Below are positions 52,161 through 61,591 of a stretch of 64,000 nucleotides of DNA, piece by piece. The position numbers were made by a program, and so were the translations under genes. How positions within the stretch are numbered: the first letter of the stretch is position 1; every line of letters begins with the position of its first letter. Source of the stretch: Boudabousia marimammalium (lineage in GTDB: Bacteria; Actinomycetota; Actinomycetes; Actinomycetales; Actinomycetaceae); the NCBI RefSeq assembly GCF_001936115.1, contig NZ_MPDM01000001.1, positions 146,123 to 210,122 of the forward strand, read 5' to 3'. The notes beneath the pieces are model-generated. The model worked only from the letters and a program-made list of their open reading frames with translations. It made no database searches and was not told the origin of the DNA.

Positions 52161-53953
52161 CGGGACGCTACGAGTTACGAGGCCTGATTGGCCGAGGGGG
52201 CATGGCGGAAGTTCGCCTAGGCTACGATACGAGGCTGTCTCGTATTGTCGCAGTCAAGATGCTCCGCACCGATCTGGCCCGCGATTCGGTATTCCAAGAA
52301 CGGTTCCGCCGGGAAGCTCACGCAGCTGCTTCTTTGAACCATCCCGCGATTGTCGCAGTTTATGACACTGGGGAAGAGCTTCTGGTTGCCCCAGATGGCA
52401 GCAAAGTCAATGTTCCCTACATTGTGATGGAGTACGTGGAAGGCCACACTGTGCGTGATCTCCTTCAAGAAGGCACCCCTCTGCCCATTGATGAAGCCGT
52501 TGAAATTGTCGCGGGCGTGCTTTCCGCTTTGGAGTATTCCCACCACGAGGGCTTAGTCCACCGCGATATTAAGCCCGGCAATATTATGGTCACCAAAACC
52601 AACAAGATTAAGGTGATGGACTTCGGTATTGCCCGCGTCTTGGAGGACTCTCAGGCCACCATGACGCAAACTGACGCGGTGGTAGGTACCGCCCAGTATC
52701 TGTCTCCGGAGCAGGCGCAAGGGGAGCTGGTTGATGCCCGCTCCGACCTGTACTCCACAGGTTGTGTCCTCTTTGAGCTTTTAACCGGGCAGCCTCCCTT
52801 CAAGGGTGATTCTGCAGTCGCAGTAGCCTACCAGCATGTGTCTGAGCCTCCACGTCGTCCCTCCGCAGTCACTCCGGACGTGCCGTACGCTCTAGATCAG
52901 GTGGTTTTACGAGCTTTAGCGAAGCGGAAAGAAGACCGTTACGCTTCAGCATCTGATATGCGCGCTGATTTGATGCGTGCCGCTGCGGGCGGCGAAGTCG
53001 CCACAGTCCCGGATTCTGCTTTCCTTTCCACCCGCCGGATTGATCCAATCCAGCAGACGACTTCAATGCCACCTTTGCCGCCGCAGGCAACCTCCCCGAT
53101 TACGGGAGGCGTGCCCGCGCAGCTAGGTCACTCCACCGGTGCTTTACCGATGGTAAATGAGTCAGAGAAGCAAAAAAGTGGGAACCGTTGGGCATGGATT
53201 ATTGCGATTATTGTTGCAGTGATTGTGCTTGGTTCCGCTGCACTACTGTGGTGGTCTCAGTCAGGTGGCTCCGCTCCCGCAACGGTGGAACCCACTGCGG
53301 AACAGAGCACAACAGTCCCGGATGTCACTAATATGACCCAGAATCAGGCCCGCGAGGCCCTAGAAAAGGCCGGCCTAGTGATGCGCCTACAGGATGAGCG
53401 GGTCTTCTCCGATGATGTCCCAGCTGATTCTGTGGTCTCCACTGATCCGGCTGCTGGAACCCCAGTGAGCCCGGACGCTACCGTTTATGTCACTTTATCT
53501 AAAGGCCCGGAAGCTAAGCCGCTACCGGAGCTGGCTGGCCAGAATCTTGACCAGGCGCAGCAACAACTGAAGGATGCCGGATATATTGTCACCCTGGAAA
53601 CCATGGATGACCCGAATATGGAGAAGGGACACGTCATATCCACTGAACCGGCTGCTGGCTCTGAGCTGGCTGCAGGTGGAACCGTGAAGCTCAAAGTTGC
53701 CTCCGGTTATGTGAAGATTCCTTCGAACTTGGCTGGCAAATCAGTTACCGAGGTAACTCAGGTTCTGGAAGGCTTGGGCCTGTCCGTGTCCACTACCGCG
53801 ATGGAAACCAATTCTAAAGCCCCTGACACGGTCCTGACGGTCAGCCCGATTGGTTCCGTGGAGATTCATTCCGCCGTGAACGTGAAGTATGCGGTAGCCC
53901 CGCCGGTGGCCCCGAAGCCACCTTCGGAGGGTAGCTCCAGCCCGGAGAACTGA
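52133..53953 (+). CDS. pknB: Ser/Thr protein kinase PknB with C-terminal PASTA repeats
   Basis: It has a Hanks kinase domain, a TM segment and 3-4 PASTA domains. The ATG at 52133 overlaps the pknA 3' end by 28 nt. Confidence 0.85.
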   Translation: MVESRAQRLAGRYELRGLIGRGGMAEVRLGYDTRLSRIVAVKMLRTDLARDSVFQERFRREAHAAASLNHPAIVAVYDTGEELLVAPDGSKVNVPYIVMEYVEGHTVRDLLQEGTPLPIDEAVEIVAGVLSALEYSHHEGLVHRDIKPGNIMVTKTNKIKVMDFGIARVLEDSQATMTQTDAVVGTAQYLSPEQAQGELVDARSDLYSTGCVLFELLTGQPPFKGDSAVAVAYQHVSEPPRRPSAVTPDVPYALDQVVLRALAKRKEDRYASASDMRADLMRAAAGGEVATVPDSAFLSTRRIDPIQQTTSMPPLPPQATSPITGGVPAQLGHSTGALPMVNESEKQKSGNRWAWIIAIIVAVIVLGSAALLWWSQSGGSAPATVEPTAEQSTTVPDVTNMTQNQAREALEKAGLVMRLQDERVFSDDVPADSVVSTDPAAGTPVSPDATVYVTLSKGPEAKPLPELAGQNLDQAQQQLKDAGYIVTLETMDDPNMEKGHVISTEPAAGSELAAGGTVKLKVASGYVKIPSNLAGKSVTEVTQVLEGLGLSVSTTAMETNSKAPDTVLTVSPIGSVEIHSAVNVKYAVAPPVAPKPPSEGSSSPEN

Positions 53954-54070
53954 GTTTAAGCATCGGTTCCTTTCCGTAGCTTGGGGAGGAGCTAAGAAGC
54001 CGAAGGAGAACGCCCTCGGTACCTGTGATTGGTGCCGAGGGCGTCTCCTAGTTTGATGCTTAGTTTAGCC

Positions 54071-54229
54071 TTAACCGATATTGTTATCGTTCAATCCGAA
54101 GGTGGTGAATGCCCATGGATAAACCCATAGGAACAACACGATGGTCAGCAGGTACAGCAAGAACAGGCTCTCAATGATTCTGAGCCAGTTCGGTCCAAAG
54201 AGGACGTGACGGTAGAACCAGGCGTACAT
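54071..54229 (-). CDS. Small hydrophobic 52-aa protein translationally coupled to the sortase (stop/start TAATG)
   Basis: It is not in the ORF track (under 60 aa). It reads MYAWFYRHVLFGPNWLRIIESLFLLYLLTIVLFLWVYPWAFTTFGLNDNNIG. Confidence 0.3.
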   Translation of the reverse strand: MYAWFYRHVLFGPNWLRIIESLFLLYLLTIVLFLWVYPWAFTTFGLNDNNIG

Positions 54230-55404
54230 TAGTTGCCTCCTGACTGGGTTAGTTCAACTGGAATGCCGCTAGAGCGCGGCACCCAGTGATCAAGTTTCAG
54301 ATGCTGAATATAGCGGTGAGAGTTACCGAACTGGCCACCGGTCGCAGTAGCACAGGTAGTTAGTGTCATCAGGCGTTCGGTTGGTTCTGTACCCATCGGT
54401 TGTCCAGGAACCGGATGAATCACTTCGACTTGTTCAGGTAGCACCAGTTGATGCTGGTACACGTGGAAGATCAAATATGCGTCCTTGGTTTCCACGACAA
54501 TCGGGTCGCCGGGTTGTAAGGTGTCGATCTCCCTGAAGGAGTTACCGTAGGAGCGTCGGTGCGCGGCCACAGAGAAGTTTCCGAGCTCCCCAGGCATCGC
54601 GGTTTTAATACTGTTCACATAATGACCGGCAAAAGCCTGATCGAGGATGTACTGGTCTTCTCCCTGGGCAATCGGGATGGCTAACATATTCCATCTCGGC
54701 ACGTACATGGTGGCGAAAACGTCACCATGGTTGACCGGTCCAATCGGGGGTGGAGCATCATAACGCAGGTCGTTGGAGACTGTTTGCGGGGCTTCTGGAA
54801 GCTGTTCATGCCACGTGGATACTTGTTCTTGACGAACACCTTCCACCTCGAAGGTTGTCCAGTAGACCTGCCAAACCAGGAACATGCCGACCACATAGGC
54901 CGCCAGAATGAAGATTTCTCCGATTGCGCCAATTAGGTTGAAGAAGCCCCAACGAAACCATTGCTTCGCGGTACGCGGCTGTTTGCTGGTGGTAGCTGCC
55001 ACTGTTTCAAATGCTCCGACTTCGTCTTCAAAGATTGGTTGGAGGCTGCCCGGGAAGGGGCCAGGATCAGGCTCTGTTGCCGTGCTTACCGTCGCGGGGA
55101 CGGGGGAGATAGCTGACTGCGTGACGCCGGCTTCCACCGCGCTACCTGGCGCAGGGCCACTGGCCGCGGGGGTGGGCATTGGTTCGCGCGGGGCCGAGGG
55201 CGTCTGCGGCGCCAAGTATGAGGCACCCGCAACGGGAATGCTGTGTGGGTGAAAAGTGGGTGTGGCATCGGTTTGAGATGAACCTAGTAGCTCGCTCCTA
55301 AACTGTTCCCGGATTTCATTTCCTTCGGTTTCAACCTTTCTGGCGCGAACGCGCGAAGGAATCCGAAGAGTCGGTTCCGGAGGATTATTCTCCAAGTCCG
55401 TCAT
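54229..55404 (-). CDS. Class E sortase
   Basis: It has the catalytic TLTTC motif and a His/Arg triad region, plus a Pro-rich N-terminal extension and a TM segment. Confidence 0.8.
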   Translation of the reverse strand: MTDLENNPPEPTLRIPSRVRARKVETEGNEIREQFRSELLGSSQTDATPTFHPHSIPVAGASYLAPQTPSAPREPMPTPAASGPAPGSAVEAGVTQSAISPVPATVSTATEPDPGPFPGSLQPIFEDEVGAFETVAATTSKQPRTAKQWFRWGFFNLIGAIGEIFILAAYVVGMFLVWQVYWTTFEVEGVRQEQVSTWHEQLPEAPQTVSNDLRYDAPPPIGPVNHGDVFATMYVPRWNMLAIPIAQGEDQYILDQAFAGHYVNSIKTAMPGELGNFSVAAHRRSYGNSFREIDTLQPGDPIVVETKDAYLIFHVYQHQLVLPEQVEVIHPVPGQPMGTEPTERLMTLTTCATATGGQFGNSHRYIQHLKLDHWVPRSSGIPVELTQSGGN

Positions 55405-56117
55405 GAATTCTCCAGTGTGCTAGCAACCATGTAGGTGGGCTGTTTAGTACCAGCCGGGAAATTCAGTGTATCACTGACTTCCTCCAGATAGCCTAAACCG
55501 TAACGCTTCACATACTGTTGGTAGATTTCCAAAGTGTCATCCTGCTTTAATGCTTCCTGCAGGGATTTCGGATCACCGATTGCGGCAATCTCGTAGGGGG
55601 GTGAGAAAACTTCACCATCCACGTAGATGACGTTGCCGACGCAACGAATCTTACTGTTTAAGGTCACTCTGGCTCCTTGAACAGTCATGGCTTCCGCTCT
55701 GCCACTCCACAGCGCGTTCATTACTGCTTCCACGTCCTGCTGGTGCACCACATAAATGTCCGGGTTGGAGGCATCCTCGGCCACGGGCGCGTCAGTGAGC
55801 TGCACAACCACACCGGGACCGCGCACCGGCTTGGAGGCGCTGAGCAAGGTCTCATTCACAGTCACTTGAGTTTTTGAATTTTCTTGGTTTTGAATCAGGG
55901 AGTCTACTTCTTTGCGGAGTTTAGCGTTATGCTTTTCAGCTTTCTTCACCGACTGCACTTGATCCAGCACTGAGGCTTGAAGGTCACCCGCCCTCGTCCT
56001 CGGCTCTGAGCCCGGATTGAGAGCGGAAACACTCAAAAGCACGCCCGCTACCACCATGACCAGCATGGTGATTAGCTGCACGGGACGAAACTTTTGTCGC
56101 TTTCTGGCGCTTTCCAT
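55401..56117 (-). CDS. DUF881 family membrane protein
   Basis: It has an N-terminal TM segment and a conserved C-terminus. This family is the usual neighbour of crgA and the sortase in actinobacteria. Confidence 0.6.
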   Translation of the reverse strand: MESARKRQKFRPVQLITMLVMVVAGVLLSVSALNPGSEPRTRAGDLQASVLDQVQSVKKAEKHNAKLRKEVDSLIQNQENSKTQVTVNETLLSASKPVRGPGVVVQLTDAPVAEDASNPDIYVVHQQDVEAVMNALWSGRAEAMTVQGARVTLNSKIRCVGNVIYVDGEVFSPPYEIAAIGDPKSLQEALKQDDTLEIYQQYVKRYGLGYLEEVSDTLNFPAGTKQPTYMVASTLENS

Positions 56118-56237
56118 GGCGTCCCCCCTCTCAATCTTGCTAAACTGCTTTAGTATCGATACAACATTAGTGTGTCACGTTCGGGCTATCTTCCGCATGC
56201 GAAACCGAATCCGGTGACATTCATTGAAGGAGGCATC

Positions 56238-56516
56238 ATGCCCGAGTCGCGTAAGCGCAAGAAGAACGGTAAGTCCGTATCTCAAATCGCGGAGAAGAAA
56301 ACTGAAATCAAACCCGACTGGACTGAGGGCATTAAGCCTTCGCCGTCGTGGTGGGCGCCGGTGTTCTGCACCCTGGCTATCATTGGTTTGATTTGGCTAG
56401 CTATCTACTACATGTGGTCCGCTCAGTACCCGATTCCGGGAATCGGCCACTGGAATATGGGAATCGGTTTGGGCTTTATTTTTGCCGGCTTCCTGATGGT
56501 GATGCGCTGGCGCTGA
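56238..56516 (+). CDS. crgA: Cell division protein CrgA
   Basis: It is 92 aa with 2 TM segments and a conserved basic N-terminus (SRKRKK). It has a GAAGGAGG ribosome-binding site. Confidence 0.75.
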   Translation: MPESRKRKKNGKSVSQIAEKKTEIKPDWTEGIKPSPSWWAPVFCTLAIIGLIWLAIYYMWSAQYPIPGIGHWNMGIGLGFIFAGFLMVMRWR

Positions 56517-56639
56517 GCCGCTGTTTAGCTTCTTAAAATCCCCGATTCGCTACCTGATTGGTTAACGAATCGGGGATTTTAGATTTCACAGATTATCTAT
56601 GTGAAGCTAACCTTCACTTGTGCGCAGGAATCCAAGTGG

Positions 56640-57296
56640 TTACTCGGATTCTTTCGGATCCTTCAGTTCCATATTGGCAACTGCTTCTTCGACTGCTTCT
56701 TCAGCTTCGGCGGCTTCGGTAGCGAAGTCAACCTTAGTGGTTTTAGCTTCCAGGTCGGCCCAGTACTCTTCAGCCCAGGGATCTTCAATCGGCTGACTAC
56801 GACGCCACAGCACATATCCGGCGGCGCCCACTACTACTGCCAGCAGTGAGAAGCCAAAGCCCTTGAGGACAGGGTGGCCCTTCTTCACCGGCTTGGTTAG
56901 CGCAGTGGAGGTAGCTTCAGCAACAGCGCCGGCTTTCTCCTTGAGGGAGCCTTCCACCTGTGCGGCATCAGCGGCATCGCGCATGGCGCGCTGTACGCGC
57001 GGCAGGTAGTCGTCAACCAGCTTTTCGTGGGCGGCATCGACATGCGGACGAACTGCCTCGGAAGCGGCCTCAATCTTGGGGGCAGCTACCTTAACGGTTT
57101 CGCTCCATGCCTGCTGCGCCTTGGGGGCGGCCCAGTCCATGGTTTTTTCTGCCAGTTCCTGAGCGCGTTCGCCTAGTTCAACCAAGTCAATCGAAGCCAC
57201 AGCATCTTTGGCGGCTTTCGTGGTCTTGGCGGCTTGATCAGCGACCGTAGTGGTTGCCTCACGGACAGCCTTGCGGCGAGATGAACAGAACAACAT
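56640..57296 (-). CDS. Hypothetical Ala/Lys/Glu-rich protein with one TM segment (amphipathic helical)
   Basis: The ORF has a probable ATG at 57296 (MLFCSSRRK…). Confidence 0.4.
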   Translation of the reverse strand: MLFCSSRRKAVREATTTVADQAAKTTKAAKDAVASIDLVELGERAQELAEKTMDWAAPKAQQAWSETVKVAAPKIEAASEAVRPHVDAAHEKLVDDYLPRVQRAMRDAADAAQVEGSLKEKAGAVAEATSTALTKPVKKGHPVLKGFGFSLLAVVVGAAGYVLWRRSQPIEDPWAEEYWADLEAKTTKVDFATEAAEAEEAVEEAVANMELKDPKESE

Positions 57297-57427
57297 AGTG
57301 AACTCCTTTGTCTTACCCGCCAAGTTAGACAGGTTTACCTTTACTATTGTGCCGTGAATTGGGCCACTGTGCAGAACTTTTCGCTTCCGAAGAAGAAAAA
57401 CCCGGCAAGTTATGCCAGTATGAGGAT

Positions 57428-57937
57428 ATGAAAGCAACACTACATACTAATCACGGCGATATTGTTATTGAACTTTACCCTAATCATGCTCCGGTGACAG
57501 TGAAAAACTTTACCGAGTTGGCAAAGGGTGAGCGCGAATGGACCCACCCCATGACGGGAGAGAAGAGCACCGCTCCGCTTTACGACGGAGTTATCTTCCA
57601 CCGCATCATTGACGGTTTCATGATTCAAGGCGGCGACCCGACCGGCACCGGCATGGGCGGCCCGGGCTATCGTTTCGGTGATGAGTTCCATCCGGAGCTC
57701 ACTTTCTCTGAACCCTACCTGTTGGCTATGGCTAATGCCGGCCCGGCCACGAACGGCTCCCAGTTCTTCATTACGGTGGCTCCAACCCCGCACCTGAACC
57801 GTCGTCACACCATTTTTGGCAAGGTCGAGGATGAGGCTTCCCGCCGCGTCGTTGATGAGATTGCGAAGGTTCGCGTTGACGGCCGCGATAAGCCCCTTGA
57901 AGACGTCGTCATCAACAACATTACGGTTACCGACTAG
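57428..57937 (+). CDS. ppiA: Cyclophilin-type peptidyl-prolyl cis-trans isomerase
   Basis: It has the cyclophilin motifs [14 protein letters not shown] and GSQFFIT. Confidence 0.85.
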   Translation: MKATLHTNHGDIVIELYPNHAPVTVKNFTELAKGEREWTHPMTGEKSTAPLYDGVIFHRIIDGFMIQGGDPTGTGMGGPGYRFGDEFHPELTFSEPYLLAMANAGPATNGSQFFITVAPTPHLNRRHTIFGKVEDEASRRVVDEIAKVRVDGRDKPLEDVVINNITVTD

Positions 57938-57950
57938 TCAGTATCTGCTG

Positions 57951-58771
57951 ATGAAGTTCTTTGGTTCTTCAAACTCTGACGATTCTGTTCCGTCATTTAA
58001 TAACAGCTTTTCAACTGCTGGGCGTGGGCATCCAAAAGCAAAATCTTGGATGCCCACCCCAGTAGTTGCTGTTTTAATCGCGATTTGCGTGTTCTTCGGC
58101 GTCATTAGCGTGGTCACCGATGTGGTGGATCAGCAGCTGGCTTTTGTCAGTTTTTTGAGTTATTCACAGCCTTGGCGCTTTGTGCCTCTGCTTTCATTCA
58201 TTTCGGTCCGGCTCACCTGTTGTTGAATATGTGGGTCTTGTATCTGGTTGGTCCGCCTTTAGAGATCGCTGTCGGCAAGATGCGATTCTTAGCTCTGTAT
58301 CTGTTCAGCATTTTGGGTGGTTCCACTTTCGTTTTGTTTTGGGAGACTTTGCCGGGCACTCAGTTGGCTTTGACCGCTGGGGCTTCGGGAGCAATTTTTG
58401 GCCTTTTTGGCGCCTTAATTGTGCTGCAACGACAGTTGCAGCAAGATATCCGGGCGATGGTCACTTTGGTTGTGATCAACTTTGCGTGGGGTTTCGTGCA
58501 ACCAGGAATTTCTTGGCAGGGACATTTTGGTGGTCTCCTCGCGGGCGTCGTTTACGCTGTTGTGGTTTTGCTTTTGACCCCGAGGTTGCGCGCTGTCGCT
58601 AAACGCCGGAAAGCTGTGAGTAGCGGTTTACCCTATTCTGAAATTCGCACCTCGGTTTTTGATCAGCCGGCAGTTTTAACCACTCTTCAAGTCGTTTTGA
58701 CATTGGTTTTAGGAGCCGGATTATATCTCTTGAATCTTTCGTTAATATATTTTGTTGGATTACCTTCCTGA
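57951..58771 (+). pseudogene. Rhomboid-family intramembrane serine protease with an apparent frameshift near 58177
   Basis: The N-terminal TM1 and …SQPWR are in frame 0 up to a stop at 58226. The rest, FIHFGPAHLLLNMW … GASGAIFG … QGHFGG (catalytic Ser and His), is in another frame from 58172. Confidence 0.55.
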
Positions 58772-58904
58772 TTGGTTATGCTTCGTTCTTTATCGAGTAT
58801 TCACCTTTCTTGGAGCGCACCCGGCCGGTCTGGAGTGAACCGAAGGTTACTCCCTGCCGTTTGATCTAAGGAAAACTACTTAGGTGGGTAAGTTACACGC
58901 ATGT

Positions 58905-58972
58905 AATTCATCCACAACTGTGCACAAGCCTGTGGATAACTCCGTTTTTGTGTCCACACCTGTGGATAACCT
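58905..58972. promoter_or_regulatory. Cluster of DnaA boxes: two perfect TTATCCACA (as TGTGGATAA) plus TCATCCACA and TGTCCACAC within 70 bp
   Basis: Read from the sequence in the AT-rich intergenic region between the rhomboid gene and yhhQ. Confidence 0.4.
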
Positions 58973-59139
58973 TAATATGGTTGATTTATCGCCGAATTGT
59001 GGCGAATCCTAAACTCGTTCAATTCACAGGCCTGCGCACAGCGTAGTAGGCTAGATGCTTGGTGAGAGCCTAGTTCCCTAGGTTCCCCAAACAAGCGAAT
59101 ATTTAGTGCGTATTACGCACACAGATTGTGGTGCCGGTG

Positions 59140-59182
59140 GCAGGGGCATCACCTAACAGCCCCTACCCGCGAAAGGACACCC
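59140..59182 (+). ncRNA. Candidate preQ1-I-like riboswitch/leader hairpin overlapping the yhhQ ribosome-binding site
   Basis: A 5-bp stem GGGGC/GCCCC with an 11-nt loop AUCACCUAACA (similar to the preQ1-I loop UCGCAGUAAC) is followed by a tail containing AAAGGA immediately before the ATG. Confidence 0.25.
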
Positions 59183-59929
59183 ATGTCTGAAAATTCTTCC
59201 AGCCACGCCATCCCCGCCGCGACCGTGCGCACGCAAGGAACCGCCGCCGAACTTGGTAACCGCGTCCCCCGCTACTTCGACATTGTGGTCGTAGGTTTCG
59301 TTGGATTCCTCCTGCTTTCTAATATCACCGCAACCAAGCTGATTGATATTAACGTCGGCGTCGGCCACCTGATCTTTGATGGCGGCGCCATCCTCTTCCC
59401 CCTCACCTATATTCTGGGTGACGTCCTCACCGAAATCTACGGGCTCAAGCGCGCGAAGCGTGCCATCTACCTGGGTTTCGCCATGTCGGTGATTGCCGCC
59501 CTCGTGTTCTTCCTCGTCCAGATCGCCCCACCCGCTGAAGGCTACGAAAACCAGTCCGCCTATGAGGCTGTCCTCGGTTTCGTGCCGCGGATTGTTTTGG
59601 CCTCCCTGTTGGGATACCTGTTCGGTCAGCTACTTAACGCCCTCGTCCTCGACAAGCTGCGGGCGCGCTTCGGTGAGAACAATATGTGGATCCGCCTGAT
59701 TGGCTCCACCCTGGTGGGCGAGTTCGCTGACACGTTGATCTTTTGCACCGTCGCCTTCTACGGCATCATCACGGGCGCCGATTTCCTCAACTACCTAATC
59801 ACCGGCTACGTTTACAAGGTGGCTGTCGAGGTTATCTTGCTGCCCGTCACCTACCTGGTGATTGGCTGGTTCAAGCGCCATGAGCCCGGCTGGGTAGGCA
59901 AGTCCGACCCGAACCTGCGGCTTTCTTGA
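59183..59929 (+). CDS. yhhQ: Queuosine-precursor transporter (YhhQ/DUF165 family)
   Basis: It is a multi-TM protein with the conserved YhhQ motif FPLTYILGDVLTEIYG. Confidence 0.75.
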   Translation: MSENSSSHAIPAATVRTQGTAAELGNRVPRYFDIVVVGFVGFLLLSNITATKLIDINVGVGHLIFDGGAILFPLTYILGDVLTEIYGLKRAKRAIYLGFAMSVIAALVFFLVQIAPPAEGYENQSAYEAVLGFVPRIVLASLLGYLFGQLLNALVLDKLRARFGENNMWIRLIGSTLVGEFADTLIFCTVAFYGIITGADFLNYLITGYVYKVAVEVILLPVTYLVIGWFKRHEPGWVGKSDPNLRLS

Positions 59930-60012
59930 GGACGAGGGGGTGGCGACCACTAACCCCCTCGGCAAGCAAACTCTTATCCTTTACCTGAATGAACTAGCGC
60001 GAAAGCGGCATA

Positions 60013-61311
60013 ATGGACAGTATGACTGATGATTCTTTGACCTTGACACCAGCCCAGACGGGGAATGCGCAGGAGGAAACCTGCTTCACCGTAGGTACCC
60101 GACTGGAGTCCGGTTACGGCCTAGGCCGGACCGGGACGATCCACACGCCGCACGGTGAGATTCAAACTCCCGCTTTCATTCCGGTCGGCACTAAAGCGAC
60201 CGTGAAGACAGTGCTGCCGGAAACGGTAGCGGAGCTAGGCGCGCAGGCGGTACTGGCGAACGCCTACCACCTGTACTTACAGCCCGGCTCCGATATTGTC
60301 GATGAGGCCGGCGGCCTGGGTAAGTTCATGAACTGGCCGGGACCAACCTACACGGATTCGGGTGGCTTCCAGGTGCTCTCACTGGGTTCAGGCTTTAAAA
60401 AGGTACTGAGCCAACAGTTCGCGGGCACGGCGAATGCGGACACGGACGTCGCAGAGGATAAGATTCGCCGCGCCCAAGTCGATGACGACGGGGTTTGGTT
60501 CAAATCACATCTGGATGGTTCCATGCACCGGTTTACCTCGGAAATTTCGATGCGGATCCAGCATGAGCTGGGGGCGGATATTATTTTCGCTTTCGATGAG
60601 CTCACTACTTTGTTGAACTCTTATGAGTATCAGGTGGAGTCCCTAGAGCGGACCCGCCTGTGGGCGGAGCGTTGCCTGCGGGCGCACGGTCAGCTGACCG
60701 CACAGCGGGCCGGTAAACCCCGGCAACTGCTGTTCGGGGTAGTCCAGGGAGCCCAGTATGAGGATTTGCGGCGCAAGGCTGCCCGAGACCTAGCGGCCAT
60801 GGAAGTGGACGGCTGGCGTTTCGACGGCTTTGGTTTGGGCGGCGCCTTGGAAAAAGAGAATCTGGGGAAGATTTGCGCCTGGGTGTGCGAAGAGCTGCCG
60901 GAAGATCGCCCTCGTCACCTGCTGGGCATTAGTGAGCCTGATGATTTCTTCCGCGCCATTGAGGCGGGCGCGGACACCTTCGACTGCGTTTCCCCCTCCC
61001 GCGTGGCCCGCACTTCCGCGGTGTATTTGCCGACCGGACGGAAAAACCTGACCCGCGCAGAGTTTAAGCGTGATTTCCGGCCCTTGGATGAGACCTGCGG
61101 CTGCTACACCTGCCAGCATTACTCCCGCGCCTACCTGCATCATTTGTTTAAGGCGAAAGAGATGCTGGGGAAGACCCTGGCGACCATCCACAATGAGTAC
61201 TTCACTGTGCATCTGGTGGACCGTATCCGTCAGTCCATTGAGGATGGCACCTATGAGGAGCTGAAGGCTGAAGTGCTGGGCAACTATTACGGGTCAAGCT
61301 CCGCAAGCTAG
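60013..61311 (+). CDS. tgt: Queuine tRNA-ribosyltransferase
   Basis: It has the Tgt TIM barrel with the DSGGFQ motif and the Zn-site C-x-C-x2-C-x29-H region (CGCYTCQHYSRAYLHH). Confidence 0.9.
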   Translation: MDSMTDDSLTLTPAQTGNAQEETCFTVGTRLESGYGLGRTGTIHTPHGEIQTPAFIPVGTKATVKTVLPETVAELGAQAVLANAYHLYLQPGSDIVDEAGGLGKFMNWPGPTYTDSGGFQVLSLGSGFKKVLSQQFAGTANADTDVAEDKIRRAQVDDDGVWFKSHLDGSMHRFTSEISMRIQHELGADIIFAFDELTTLLNSYEYQVESLERTRLWAERCLRAHGQLTAQRAGKPRQLLFGVVQGAQYEDLRRKAARDLAAMEVDGWRFDGFGLGGALEKENLGKICAWVCEELPEDRPRHLLGISEPDDFFRAIEAGADTFDCVSPSRVARTSAVYLPTGRKNLTRAEFKRDFRPLDETCGCYTCQHYSRAYLHHLFKAKEMLGKTLATIHNEYFTVHLVDRIRQSIEDGTYEELKAEVLGNYYGSSSAS

Positions 61312-61425
61312 TACCTTCAGCGCGGCCCCTCCTGCGCACCAGCGGTTCAGCATACCCCTCCTGCGCGCCGACGGTTCAGCGCACCCCCTCCAGCTCGCCC
61401 GCCGGTCCAGCGCACCCAGCCAGCC

Positions 61426-61490
61426 GACAGCATCGTGCACCTTAGCAACAATTGTGCACGTTGCAAGGCACACAATTGTTGCTAAGGTAC
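61426..61490. repeat. Copy 1 of a ~60-bp repeat containing a nested palindrome (CCTTAGCAACAATTGTGCAC-GTTGCAAG-GCACACAATTGTTGCTAAGG)
   Basis: Read from the sequence. It is homologous to 62618-62678, including the shared 5' extension AGCATC…GTGCACCTTA. Confidence 0.55.
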
Positions 61491-61591
61491 ACATTTGTCT
61501 GCGCAGACGCTTTAGAATCAGGGTAAGACAGTGTCACATTGATACGCCTCAGCCTGACGTGAGACGAGGGCGCCCGCACGAAAGGTACATA

